A DNA stretch of 64,000 nucleotides, taken from Candidatus Lustribacter sp. Its GTDB lineage: Bacteria > Vulcanimicrobiota > Vulcanimicrobiia > Vulcanimicrobiales > Vulcanimicrobiaceae. Below, piece after piece: positions 9,043 through 18,029 of the stretch. The notes under the pieces were generated by a model. It searched no databases and was not told the origin of the DNA. It saw only the letters and a list, made by a program, of their open reading frames with translations. The stretch covers positions 640,001-704,000 of the forward strand of contig OZ255842.1 in NCBI GenBank assembly GCA_965277805.1, read 5' to 3'. Every line of letters starts with the position of its first letter. Positions within the stretch are counted from its first letter, which is position 1. The position numbers and the translations under genes were made by a program.

Positions 9043-10007
9043 AGTTTTAACAGGCGGTCGGCGTTGCCGTGAGCGATCTTTTCTTTGTCGTCGGGGCTGA
9101 CGGGGAGGTCGTCAAGGAATTTGCGGGCGATGTCGTTGCGGCTGAACGGGTAGTCGACCGAGAACAGGATACGGTCGGCGCCGAACGTCAGGAGCGCGGC
9201 GAGAAACGGCGGGAACGAGAAGAAGCCGCTGCTCGTGATCGTCACGTGATCGAGGATCGTCTGGCTCACCGAACGCGGTAGACCGGTGATGCGTTGCGAG
9301 AGAAAGTCATCGCAACGCGCGAGCATCGTCGGCAGCCCTTCGCCCATGTGCCCGATGATGATCTTCAGACGTGGATGCTGATCGAACGTTCCGCTGAGCA
9401 CCATCCGCAGGACGTGGATCGCGGTCTCGGCGTGCCAGCCGAAGCCGGCGGTTGCGAACATCGATGAGACCTGTGGATTGTAGCCGTCGTAATATGCGTT
9501 GCGCACCGCCGCAGGCGGAACGCCGGGGTGAATGTAGATCGGCACGTTGAGCGCTTCGGCGCGCGCGAGCAGCGGTGCAAACGACGGATCGTCAAGGAAC
9601 TTGTCCTTGACCATGCCGCTCAACAGCGCGCCGCGGAAGCCGTGTTCGCGTACCGTGCGTTCGAGTTCGTCGGCCGCCGCCGCGGGTGCTGTCGACGGCA
9701 AGTGCGCGAACGCGGCGAACCGTGTTGGGTGTTTCCGCACGACTTCAGCAAGCGCGTCGTTGTAGCGCTTGGCGTAATCCGGCCCCGCTTCCGGCGAGAG
9801 CAGCACGGCACCCGGTCCGGGAACGGAGAGAATCTGCAGCGTGATGCCGTTCTCGTCCATCGACGGCAGACGCGCGCTTTCGATATCCTCGAGTGCATCG
9901 GCCCGGCTCGCACCGGAGCGGCCGCCGCGTTCGGCCGGAGCACGCTCCGCCAGCTCTTTGCTGAAGGCTGCGATGGAGACGTGTTCTTCGAGGGCTACGA
10001 TGCGCAT
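9039..10007 (-). CDS. Amidohydrolase-2 family protein, gamma-resorcylate/2,3-dihydroxybenzoate decarboxylase-like
   Basis: ALEEH, YIHP, IIGHMGE and FSVDYPF motifs. Confidence 0.85.
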   Translation of the reverse strand: MRIVALEEHVSIAAFSKELAERAPAERGGRSGASRADALEDIESARLPSMDENGITLQILSVPGPGAVLLSPEAGPDYAKRYNDALAEVVRKHPTRFAAFAHLPSTAPAAAADELERTVREHGFRGALLSGMVKDKFLDDPSFAPLLARAEALNVPIYIHPGVPPAAVRNAYYDGYNPQVSSMFATAGFGWHAETAIHVLRMVLSGTFDQHPRLKIIIGHMGEGLPTMLARCDDFLSQRITGLPRSVSQTILDHVTITSSGFFSFPPFLAALLTFGADRILFSVDYPFSRNDIARKFLDDLPVSPDDKEKIAHGNADRLLKL

Positions 10008-10065
10008 GAGCGGCTCCGTTCAAAGCATGGAAAGACCAACCCTCCGCTAAAATACCGGCTTGGCC

Positions 10066-11160
10066 ATGGCCGTCAGTGAAGCGAACGTCACCGTCACCGT
10101 CGACGGATTGTACAAGTCCTACACCGATCAGAAGCGTGTGGTCGGTGCCGTGCGCGGCGTGAGCTTCACAATTCGCGAAGGTGAGTTCTACACGCTGCTC
10201 GGACCGAGCGGCTGCGGCAAGACGACCACGATGCGCTGTATCGCCGGCCTCGAACAGACGGAACGAGGCGAGATCTCGATCCATGGTCAGCTCGTGTCCT
10301 CACCAGAAAAGAACGTGTTCGTTCCGCCCAACAAGCGCGACATCGGGATGGTGTTTCAGAGCTACGCGATCTGGCCGCACATGACCGTGTTCCAAAACGT
10401 AGCCTTTCCGCTCAGCGTGGCCGGCGTCCGCAGCGGTTCGAAAGAGATGCGCGAGCGCGTCGAGGAAGCGCTGGCGCTGGTCGAAATGGAAGACTACGGC
10501 GACCGCTTCGCAACGCAGCTCTCCGGCGGCCAGCAGCAGCGCCTCGCGCTCGCGCGTGCGCTCGTCCGCCGGCCGGCGCTCTTGCTCTTGGACGAGCCGC
10601 TCTCGAACCTCGATGCGCGGCTGCGCGATACGATGCGGACCGAGTTGCGCTCGCTGCAGCGCCGTCTCGGGATCACGACGCTCTACGTCACGCACGATCA
10701 GACCGAGGCGTTGAGCATAAGCAGCCGCATCGCGGTCATGCAAGACGGGCAGATCGTGCAGGAAGCGACGCCGCGCGAACTCTACCGCTCGCCGGCGAAC
10801 GCCTTTGTGGCGGAGTTCCTGGGCGTGAGCAATCGCATTCCGTGCACGGTCGCCGAAACCGGTGCCGTCGACACGAGCTTTGGCCGGGTGCAGCTCGCAA
10901 GCTCGGGCGCAGCTAGCGGCGCGACCGGCGTCGTGACGATCCGTCCCGAGCATCTGCGCCTGCACCGCAGTAGCGCGGCGCTGCCGAACGCCTTTGCGGC
11001 GCGCATCGCCTCGATCTCGTTCTTCGGCGAGCAATCGGAGTGCCACGTCGAGCTCAACGGCGCGACGTTGCGCGCGCGCGTGCCCTCCGATACGGAGTTC
11101 GCCGGCGGCGACGACGTGTGGCTCGAACTGCCCGCGCCGTCGTGCCGGCTGATCCTATGA
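10066..11160 (+). CDS. ABC transporter ATP-binding protein (PotA/FbpC type with TOBE domain)
   Basis: GPSGCGKT, LSGGQQQR, LLLDEP, YVTHDQ; TAAAAT lies shortly upstream, alternative TTG start at 10060. Confidence 0.95.
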   Translation: MAVSEANVTVTVDGLYKSYTDQKRVVGAVRGVSFTIREGEFYTLLGPSGCGKTTTMRCIAGLEQTERGEISIHGQLVSSPEKNVFVPPNKRDIGMVFQSYAIWPHMTVFQNVAFPLSVAGVRSGSKEMRERVEEALALVEMEDYGDRFATQLSGGQQQRLALARALVRRPALLLLDEPLSNLDARLRDTMRTELRSLQRRLGITTLYVTHDQTEALSISSRIAVMQDGQIVQEATPRELYRSPANAFVAEFLGVSNRIPCTVAETGAVDTSFGRVQLASSGAASGATGVVTIRPEHLRLHRSSAALPNAFAARIASISFFGEQSECHVELNGATLRARVPSDTEFAGGDDVWLELPAPSCRLIL

Positions 11161-12296
11161 CCGTCACGCGCCGGCGCGACTTTCTGCGTGCGGGCGCGGC
11201 CGCGGCACTGGCGGCGTCGGCCGCCGCTCCGGCAAGCGCCGCAATCAGCTATCAGAAACCGCCGGCTTGGGATGCGCTCGTGCGTGCCGCCACTGCAGAA
11301 GGCGCGCTCGTGCTCTACATTCCCGAGGGCGATGAGTACGAAGCGGCGCTGGTCACGCGCTTTCAGCGTGCGTTCCCGGCGATCAAGGTGACGAGCGCGA
11401 TCAACAGCGGCGCCGGAATCTCGCGCATCATCGTGGAGCGCTCGGCCGGGCGTTACATCCCCGACATTTGGGTTCAAGGCAGCACGATCGCGCTGCTCCG
11501 CCTCAAGCCGGTCGGCGCGCTGGCTACGCTGGATCCGCTCATCATTCTGCCCGAAGTTCTCGATCGCTCCGCATGGCTGCAGAATCAATTGTGGTGGAAC
11601 GACGCGCAGAAGCCGCTTACCAACATCAGCTTCGCCGGGTTGATGCTGCCGCCGGCCTTTGTCAACACCTCGATCGTGAAGCTCAGCGAGTTCAAATCGT
11701 ACTGGGATCTGGCGGATCCGAAGTGGCGCGGCAAGATCGCGGTCACCGACATCCGCACGATCGGGCCGGGCAGCGTGCCCGCGAGCTTCGTCTACCGGCA
11801 TCCCAAACTCGGTCAACCGTGGTTCGAGCGGTTCTTCGGCACGCTCGACGTCACGCTGAGCCGCAGCCAGCGCCAAATGGTCGACTGGTGCGTGCAAGGG
11901 CAGTATCCGATTATCGCGTTCACGTCGGCGACCGAGGCCTATACGGCGATGCAGCAAGGATTGCCGATCGAGCAGATCGCGCTCGAGCAACTCCGCGAAG
12001 GCGGTGCCGTCGGGCCCAATACCGGTTCGATCTCCGTGGTGAAGCCGGCGCCGCACCCCAACGCCGCAAAGCTCTATCTGAACTGGCTGCTTTCACGCGA
12101 GGGTCAACTCGCGTGGCAAGAAGAGACGAAGCAGTGCTCGCTGCGTCTCGACACGCCCAAGGATGGTTTGTATTTGGCGCCGCGCATGCACGCCGGCATC
12201 ACCTACGCCAACGGCGGCGCCCAAGAATACGGCGAAGCGGCGGCCGCCCTCAACGACGTGATCACCGGGATCTTGAAAAAGGCGGGGAAGGCCTAA
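11157..12296 (+). CDS. ABC solute-binding protein, close paralog of 7903..9042, Tat signal
   Basis: RRRDFLRAG; shares ISY.KP..WD, LWWND, SYWDLADPKW.GK and APHPNAAKLY.NWLLSREGQ with 7903..9042. Confidence 0.85.
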   Translation: MTVTRRRDFLRAGAAAALAASAAAPASAAISYQKPPAWDALVRAATAEGALVLYIPEGDEYEAALVTRFQRAFPAIKVTSAINSGAGISRIIVERSAGRYIPDIWVQGSTIALLRLKPVGALATLDPLIILPEVLDRSAWLQNQLWWNDAQKPLTNISFAGLMLPPAFVNTSIVKLSEFKSYWDLADPKWRGKIAVTDIRTIGPGSVPASFVYRHPKLGQPWFERFFGTLDVTLSRSQRQMVDWCVQGQYPIIAFTSATEAYTAMQQGLPIEQIALEQLREGGAVGPNTGSISVVKPAPHPNAAKLYLNWLLSREGQLAWQEETKQCSLRLDTPKDGLYLAPRMHAGITYANGGAQEYGEAAAALNDVITGILKKAGKA

Positions 12297-13339
12297 CCGC
12301 GGACTTGCGCGAGCTCGCGAGCGCGTTTGAACGAGTCTTTATCCTTCACCGCAAACGCTTCGAGACGCGCGTGCTCGCGCGGGATGCGGATCATCGGTTC
12401 GTTCTCGGCCGGGTCGCGCACGAGCGCGATCGGATCCTCACCGCGCTCGACGCGCTTCATGTTTTCTTCCAGCAGTTTGTGGTAGAGGATCACGCCTGTG
12501 TCGCCGGCCGTGAGGTGCTCCTGCGTGCGATCGGCGATCGGCCCTTGCGCCACCCAGGCAATGAAGTCTTGTTTGGGGATCGTGTCGCCGTACGGCGCTT
12601 CGTCGCCGTCGAAGAGATTCAGATAGCGCACCGTGAGTGACTTCGGCTCCGCGCCCGGCGCGCGCGCGATCGTGCGGTAACCGATCTGGATCGTGTTCGT
12701 GTCGTCGACCGGAATGCGATACTGAAAACTCGCCTCGCCGGTCTGGCCGACGGCGAGCAGGTTCGGGAAAATAAGCGGATGACCGGTCGTCCAGTCGTCG
12801 CAGTCTTCGCTCGAGCCTTCGAGCAGGCGCCGCTTCATGATGCCGAAGCGGTAGACGTCGAAGGCGATCTTCAAATGCTGTGCGGGCTCCATCATCGGCG
12901 GCTTGCCGAGCCGCGCGCGTTCGTAGTTGCCGAACCGTGCGTGCAAGAATTCGAAGTGCACCGGATCGACGGAGTTGTCCATGCACTGCAGCCAATTGCA
13001 CGGCAGCGCCACGATCTCGACCGCACGATCGAGATCGTCCGCAACGAGAATGTCCCAGCGCGGCAAGAGCGGTGCCGGCTGCGGTCCGAAATAGGCGAAC
13101 AGCAAGCCGCCGAGTTCTTGCACCGGATAAGCCGCGTGCGCGGCGGCCAGGCTGAAGCTGCCGCTCGGTTCGCGCCGCAGGCTGAGGTCTTCCCCGAAAA
13201 AACGCACGGCTTTCACCGGAGCGGCGTCGAGCTCGATCGCGGCGCCGATGGGGTGCCAATAACGCCGCAAGAGGTTGCCCATCGGGGTTCCGGGCCCGAT
13301 TTGCGTCAACCGTTCGTTCTGCGATTGCGTCGTCGCCAT
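12293..13339 (-). CDS. Rieske-oxygenase alpha-subunit homolog (phthalate 4,5-dioxygenase-like) lacking the Rieske [2Fe-2S] cluster segment
   Basis: GPGTPMGNLLRRYWHP N-terminus, catalytic NWLQCMDNSVDPVHFEFLH and QD all present; no CxH/CxxH anywhere. Confidence 0.8.
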   Translation of the reverse strand: MATTQSQNERLTQIGPGTPMGNLLRRYWHPIGAAIELDAAPVKAVRFFGEDLSLRREPSGSFSLAAAHAAYPVQELGGLLFAYFGPQPAPLLPRWDILVADDLDRAVEIVALPCNWLQCMDNSVDPVHFEFLHARFGNYERARLGKPPMMEPAQHLKIAFDVYRFGIMKRRLLEGSSEDCDDWTTGHPLIFPNLLAVGQTGEASFQYRIPVDDTNTIQIGYRTIARAPGAEPKSLTVRYLNLFDGDEAPYGDTIPKQDFIAWVAQGPIADRTQEHLTAGDTGVILYHKLLEENMKRVERGEDPIALVRDPAENEPMIRIPREHARLEAFAVKDKDSFKRARELAQVRG

Positions 13340-13367
13340 AGCTGTACTATCCGCCGCTCCGGCAGGG

Positions 13368-15062
13368 CTACCTGCTCGAGCGCAGGCCGACGTTCAAACC
13401 GAGCGTGCGCACGAGGATCGCCATGACGGTGGTGATCGCGGTAATGACGACCGTGATCACCGTCGCCGCTTCGCGCTGACCGTCGGCGACGAACCCCAAG
13501 GCCAGGAGCGAGAGCGTGCGCGTATCGGACGTCGCCAGCAGGATGATGTTCGATGTCGCGTTGGCGGCGTACATGAACTTGATCGCCGCCACCACGATGA
13601 GGGTCGGCGCAATCAGGGGCAGCACGATCTGGAAGTACGTGCGGACCCAGCCGGCCCCCGACATGCGCGCACTCTCCTCGAGATCGCCGCGCAGCTGCAG
13701 GAACGCCGCCTTGAGCGTTTGCGTCGAGAGCGTCATGCCGCTGAGGACGATCGCGATGACGAGCACCCAGATCGTGCCGTAGATCGGCCGGAAGATCGGC
13801 GTGCCGACGAACATCCACAATAGGCCCAGACCCGCGAGCGCGCCGGGAATCACGCTCGGCAGCCACAACAGAAAATCGAGTACGCCTTTACCCCAGGCCA
13901 CGCGCGCACGCACGAGCACATATGCCACGACCGAGAAGATGATCGGCGCGACGACGGCCGAGACGATCGCGATCTCGAATGTGTTGAACAGCGACTGATC
14001 GAAGGCGGGCGTGCTCAACGTGCGCTGCCAGTTGCCGAGCGTCCACGGGTGTGCGAGGGTGAAGAAGCCGAAGCGCGTCATGAAGCTGCCGGCGATCACC
14101 GACGCCAGCGGAACGGCCACGAGTAACCCCACGACCCCGGCGATCAGCACGAATACGGGCCACGTCCAGCGGCCGAGATCCATTTGCGCGGATTGGATGC
14201 GGCCGGTCACAGTGGTGTAGCTGCGGCGCGTCGTGAGCCAGCGCTGCACCGGCATCGCGATGAGCAGCAGCACCAGCGTCACGCTGCCGAGCGCGGTCGC
14301 CTGACCGAGCAGCGGCGGCACCTGTTGCGCGAGATCGACGATCTTCGTCGAGAACACGTAGAACCCGAACGGCACGCCGAGCAGCAGCTCGATCTCGAAG
14401 GATTCGAACAGCCGCACGAAGCCGAGGAAAAACACGATCACGAGCGCCGGGGTCATGATCGGCAACGTCACGCGCAGCAGCGTGCGCCAGCGATCGGCGC
14501 CCGACGTGTAGCCCGCTTCTTCGAGCGCCGCATCCATGTTGCGAAAGGCCGGCGTCAGCAGGATGACTTTCTCGGAGATGTCGCGGGCCATCAAGTGCAC
14601 CCAAACGATCCCGGCAAAGGAATAAATATTGAACGGTCCCGCGACGTGAAACGTCGTGGCCAGAAAATTGTTGAACACGCCGCGCGGATCGAGGAGCAGC
14701 ATCCACCCGAGCGTCGCCGAAAGCGGCGGCAAAAAGTACGAGAGCCAGAAGCCGAACTCGAGCGCCCGTCCGAACGGGACTTTGCTGCGGCCGAGCAGCC
14801 ACGCGAGCAGGATGCCGACGGGAAACGAGATCGCTTGATAGCATAGGCCGACCGCGATGGTATTCCACAGCGCTTGGCCGAGCCCGGGCCCGCGCCACGC
14901 ATCCGCCCACGCCCGCGCCGAATACGCCGGCGCTTGACCGGGCCCCGCGACGTTGAAGCTGTTGATGACGATCAGCGCGAGCGGGTAGACGACGAAAAAG
15001 CCGATCACCGCGATCAGCAGCAGCACGACGAGCTGCGCCGCGCTTGGCCGGGCGCGTGTCAT
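13368..15062 (-). CDS. ABC transporter permease, fused two-domain FbpB/ThiP type
   Basis: Many TM helices; two EAA loops (LEEAGYTSGA, LEESARMSGA); ATG 15062 overlaps the upstream stop. Confidence 0.9.
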   Translation of the reverse strand: MTRARPSAAQLVVLLLIAVIGFFVVYPLALIVINSFNVAGPGQAPAYSARAWADAWRGPGLGQALWNTIAVGLCYQAISFPVGILLAWLLGRSKVPFGRALEFGFWLSYFLPPLSATLGWMLLLDPRGVFNNFLATTFHVAGPFNIYSFAGIVWVHLMARDISEKVILLTPAFRNMDAALEEAGYTSGADRWRTLLRVTLPIMTPALVIVFFLGFVRLFESFEIELLLGVPFGFYVFSTKIVDLAQQVPPLLGQATALGSVTLVLLLIAMPVQRWLTTRRSYTTVTGRIQSAQMDLGRWTWPVFVLIAGVVGLLVAVPLASVIAGSFMTRFGFFTLAHPWTLGNWQRTLSTPAFDQSLFNTFEIAIVSAVVAPIIFSVVAYVLVRARVAWGKGVLDFLLWLPSVIPGALAGLGLLWMFVGTPIFRPIYGTIWVLVIAIVLSGMTLSTQTLKAAFLQLRGDLEESARMSGAGWVRTYFQIVLPLIAPTLIVVAAIKFMYAANATSNIILLATSDTRTLSLLALGFVADGQREAATVITVVITAITTVMAILVRTLGLNVGLRSSR

Positions 15063-15919
15063 GAGATGCGGTAGCGTCCTTCCAGCGTCACGTAATCGTT
15101 GAGGCCGACGAGACTCGTCAGATCGTCGAACGCCACCATCGGCGGCCCGGCCGGAATATCGTCGGCGACCAGTGCTGCGAGCGCCGCTTGCATCGCGTAG
15201 ACGGCTGCCGGCAGCACGACGTTGTACGTCACGACTTTGAAGCCCATCGCGCGCAAATCGGCGCGGCTGACGACCGGCGTTTTCGGCATCATGCTGGCCC
15301 ACGTGTACTTGAACGAGCCCGCGAAGCGGCGCATCTCCTCGATGCCGGCGAGCGCCTCGATGAAGACGATGTCCGCACCTTCCTCGACGAAATCGTTGCA
15401 CCGTGCCAGCGCTTCGTCGAGCCCGTGACCGGAGCGCGCGTCGGTGCGGCCGATGATCACGATATCCTTCGCGCCGCGCGCATCGACGGCCGCGCGCATC
15501 TTCATGCGCGCCTCGGCCCGCGAGATCACTTCCCGCGCGCCGCCGTAGTGCCCGCATTTCTTCGGCCACACCTGGTCCTCGATCAAGAGCGACGCCGCCC
15601 CGGCCTTGGCGAACTCGGTGACGGTGCGGCGCACGTTCATCGCGTTGCCGTAGCCGGTATCCGCGTCGGCGATGATCGGAAAGCCCGGCGTCGCGTCGCA
15701 CGTGTTGCGGATCTGATCCAGCACGTCGGTGAACGTGATCAAGCCGGCGTCCGGCAGGGCGTAGCGGTGCGCCGAAATGGCAAACCCGCCGAGCAGCGCG
15801 ATCGGGACGCCGCTGCGCTGGGCGAGGCGCGCCGAGAGCGGATCGCCCACGAGGGGGCAGAGCAGCAGGTCGTCGTTCGCGAGCAGCTCGCGGAACGTCG
15901 CGGTAGCATTCGTTTCCAC
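15059..15919 (-). CDS. Isocitrate lyase/PEP mutase superfamily protein (methylisocitrate lyase/2,3-dimethylmalate lyase-like)
   Basis: DPLSAR, LPDAGL, IADADTGYG, IEDQVWPKKCGH, GRTDA; GTG start after AAGGGGG. Confidence 0.9.
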   Translation of the reverse strand: METNATATFRELLANDDLLLCPLVGDPLSARLAQRSGVPIALLGGFAISAHRYALPDAGLITFTDVLDQIRNTCDATPGFPIIADADTGYGNAMNVRRTVTEFAKAGAASLLIEDQVWPKKCGHYGGAREVISRAEARMKMRAAVDARGAKDIVIIGRTDARSGHGLDEALARCNDFVEEGADIVFIEALAGIEEMRRFAGSFKYTWASMMPKTPVVSRADLRAMGFKVVTYNVVLPAAVYAMQAALAALVADDIPAGPPMVAFDDLTSLVGLNDYVTLEGRYRIS

Positions 15920-15995
15920 GCGACCCCCTTCTGCGAGGGAACCGGCATCCATCCAGCGCAGTTCGGCCCATGCGCCATCTGAGCGGGCAAATACA

Positions 15996-18029
15996 TTGAT
16001 CGTCGTAGCGATCGATATCGGCGGTACCTTCACCGACCTCTTGGGCTTCGATGATGCCGCCAAGACCTTCGTTCAAGCCAAGAGCCTGACGACGCCCGCG
16101 CAGTTGAGCGACGGCATCATCGACTGCATTCGCAAGAGCGGCTTGAACGGCGGCGCGATCGACGAGCTCATTCACGGTTCCACGACCGCGATCAATACCT
16201 TGATCGAACGCAAAGGTGCGAAGACCGGGCTGATCGTCACCACCGGGACGCGCGACGTGTACATCATCGGCCGTGGGAACCGCCCGGAATCCTACAACCT
16301 GCTCTTCCATCGCCATCGTCCGCTCGTCTCGCGCCGGATGACACGCGAGATCTCCGAACGCACCCTGGCCTCGGGCGAAGTCTATCGCCCGCTGGTTCGC
16401 GCGGAACTCGAAGACGCCGCGCGGTTCTTCGCCGAGAACGGCGTCGAGGCGGTGGCTGTGTGCTTCCTGCACTCGTATGCGAACCCGGAGCACGAGCGCA
16501 TCGCCGGCGACGTGATCCGTCAAGCGATGCCGGACGCGTACGTCTCGCTCTCGCATGAGATCTTGCGCGAGTACCGCGAGTTCGAACGCATGTCGACGAC
16601 GGTCGTGAACGCGTACGTCGGCCCGCGCGTCGGCGGCTACGTCAAGAGCCTCGCATCGAGTCTCGGCGAGGCCGGCTTTCGCGGCAACCTTTCGATCATG
16701 CGCTCCAACGGCGGCGTGATGTCGCCGGAGCTCGCAACGATTCACCCCGTCGCGATGATGGAGTCGGGACCGGTCGGCGGTATCATCGCGGCCGCCCGCG
16801 TCGGCACCGCGCTCAGCTATCCCAACGTGATCTCGTTCGACATGGGCGGCACGACTGCGAAAGCGAGTTTGATTCAGGGCGGTGAACCGAGCATCGCGCC
16901 GGGCTATTACGTCGGCGGTTACGCCAGCGGGCATCCGGTGATGATTCCGCTGGTCGACATCGTCGAAGTGGGCGCCGGCGGCGGGAGCATCGCGTGGATC
17001 GATGAGGTCGGCGCGCTGAAGGTCGGCCCGCAGAGTTCGGGTGCCGATCCGGGACCGATGTGCTACGGCGGCGGCGGGTTGGAACCGACGATTACCGATG
17101 CCAACGTCGTGCTCGGACGCCTGAATCCGAACGACTTCCTCGGCGGCGCGATGCAGCTCGATGCCGCTGCCGCGGAGCGCGGCATCGCCGAACAGATCGG
17201 CGCGCCGCTCGGCCTCAGCACGGTTGCGAGCGCGCAGGCGATCGTGCAGATCGCCGTCTCGAAGATGTCGCTCGCGGTACGTGAGGTATCGGTCGTCAAA
17301 GGCTTCGATCCGCGCGACTTCGTGCTCGTCGCCTCCGGAGGCGCGGGCCCGCTGCACGCGTTGGCGATCGCGCGCGATTTGCACATACCCACCGTGGTCG
17401 TGCCGCTCTTTCCATCGCACTTTTCGGCGCTGGGCATGTTGCTCGCCGACGAACGGCACGACTTCGTGCGCACGCACTTTGCCGATTTGGGCACGGTCGA
17501 TCTCACCGCGGTCGCGGCGGTCTTCGAAGACATGCTGATCGAAGCACGCGCACGCTTGAGCGGCGGGCGCGAAAGCTCGCGACAATACCAGCTCGACATG
17601 CGCTACGTCGGGCAAGAGTTCGCGCTGCCGGTGCCGGTCACCGAAGAGCAACTGACGAGCGGTGATCGCGCGACGATTCGCGCCGCGTTCGATCAGCTCT
17701 ACGAACAGCGCTACGCCTACCACTCACCCGACGAGCCGGTGGAGATGATCAACCTGCGCCTGACCGCCTACGGCCGGCAGCCGAAGTTGGAATTCCCCCG
17801 CCTCGCGCGGTCGGCGAAGCCGGCGCCGAGCGCGCACCGCGACGTCTATCTCGGCGGAACGGCCGCGGTGGCGACGCCCGTCTACCGGCGCGACGAACTG
17901 CCCGCCGGGGCGGTCGTTGCGGGTCCGGCGATCGTGCAAGAACTGGGCACAACGACCGTGCTCTTCGAAGGCGACGTGGGCACCGTCGCGGATTCCGGCG
18001 AACTCATCGTGTCCGTAGGAGCGGAGTAA
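15996..18029 (+). CDS. Hydantoinase A/5-oxoprolinase (ATP-binding) subunit
   Basis: IDIGGTFTD, HGSTTAIN, ESGPVGG, FDMGGTTAK, GAGGGSIA, PTITDA. Confidence 0.92.
   Translation: MIVVAIDIGGTFTDLLGFDDAAKTFVQAKSLTTPAQLSDGIIDCIRKSGLNGGAIDELIHGSTTAINTLIERKGAKTGLIVTTGTRDVYIIGRGNRPESYNLLFHRHRPLVSRRMTREISERTLASGEVYRPLVRAELEDAARFFAENGVEAVAVCFLHSYANPEHERIAGDVIRQAMPDAYVSLSHEILREYREFERMSTTVVNAYVGPRVGGYVKSLASSLGEAGFRGNLSIMRSNGGVMSPELATIHPVAMMESGPVGGIIAAARVGTALSYPNVISFDMGGTTAKASLIQGGEPSIAPGYYVGGYASGHPVMIPLVDIVEVGAGGGSIAWIDEVGALKVGPQSSGADPGPMCYGGGGLEPTITDANVVLGRLNPNDFLGGAMQLDAAAAERGIAEQIGAPLGLSTVASAQAIVQIAVSKMSLAVREVSVVKGFDPRDFVLVASGGAGPLHALAIARDLHIPTVVVPLFPSHFSALGMLLADERHDFVRTHFADLGTVDLTAVAAVFEDMLIEARARLSGGRESSRQYQLDMRYVGQEFALPVPVTEEQLTSGDRATIRAAFDQLYEQRYAYHSPDEPVEMINLRLTAYGRQPKLEFPRLARSAKPAPSAHRDVYLGGTAAVATPVYRRDELPAGAVVAGPAIVQELGTTTVLFEGDVGTVADSGELIVSVGAE

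Noticed and set aside
13368-17723. 1451-aa minus-strand ORF that looks like a giant fusion
   Set aside because: Only the last 565 codons (permease) are protein-like. The rest is a stop-free shadow, antisense to hydantoinase A and out of frame with the ICL-family gene, as expected in high-GC DNA
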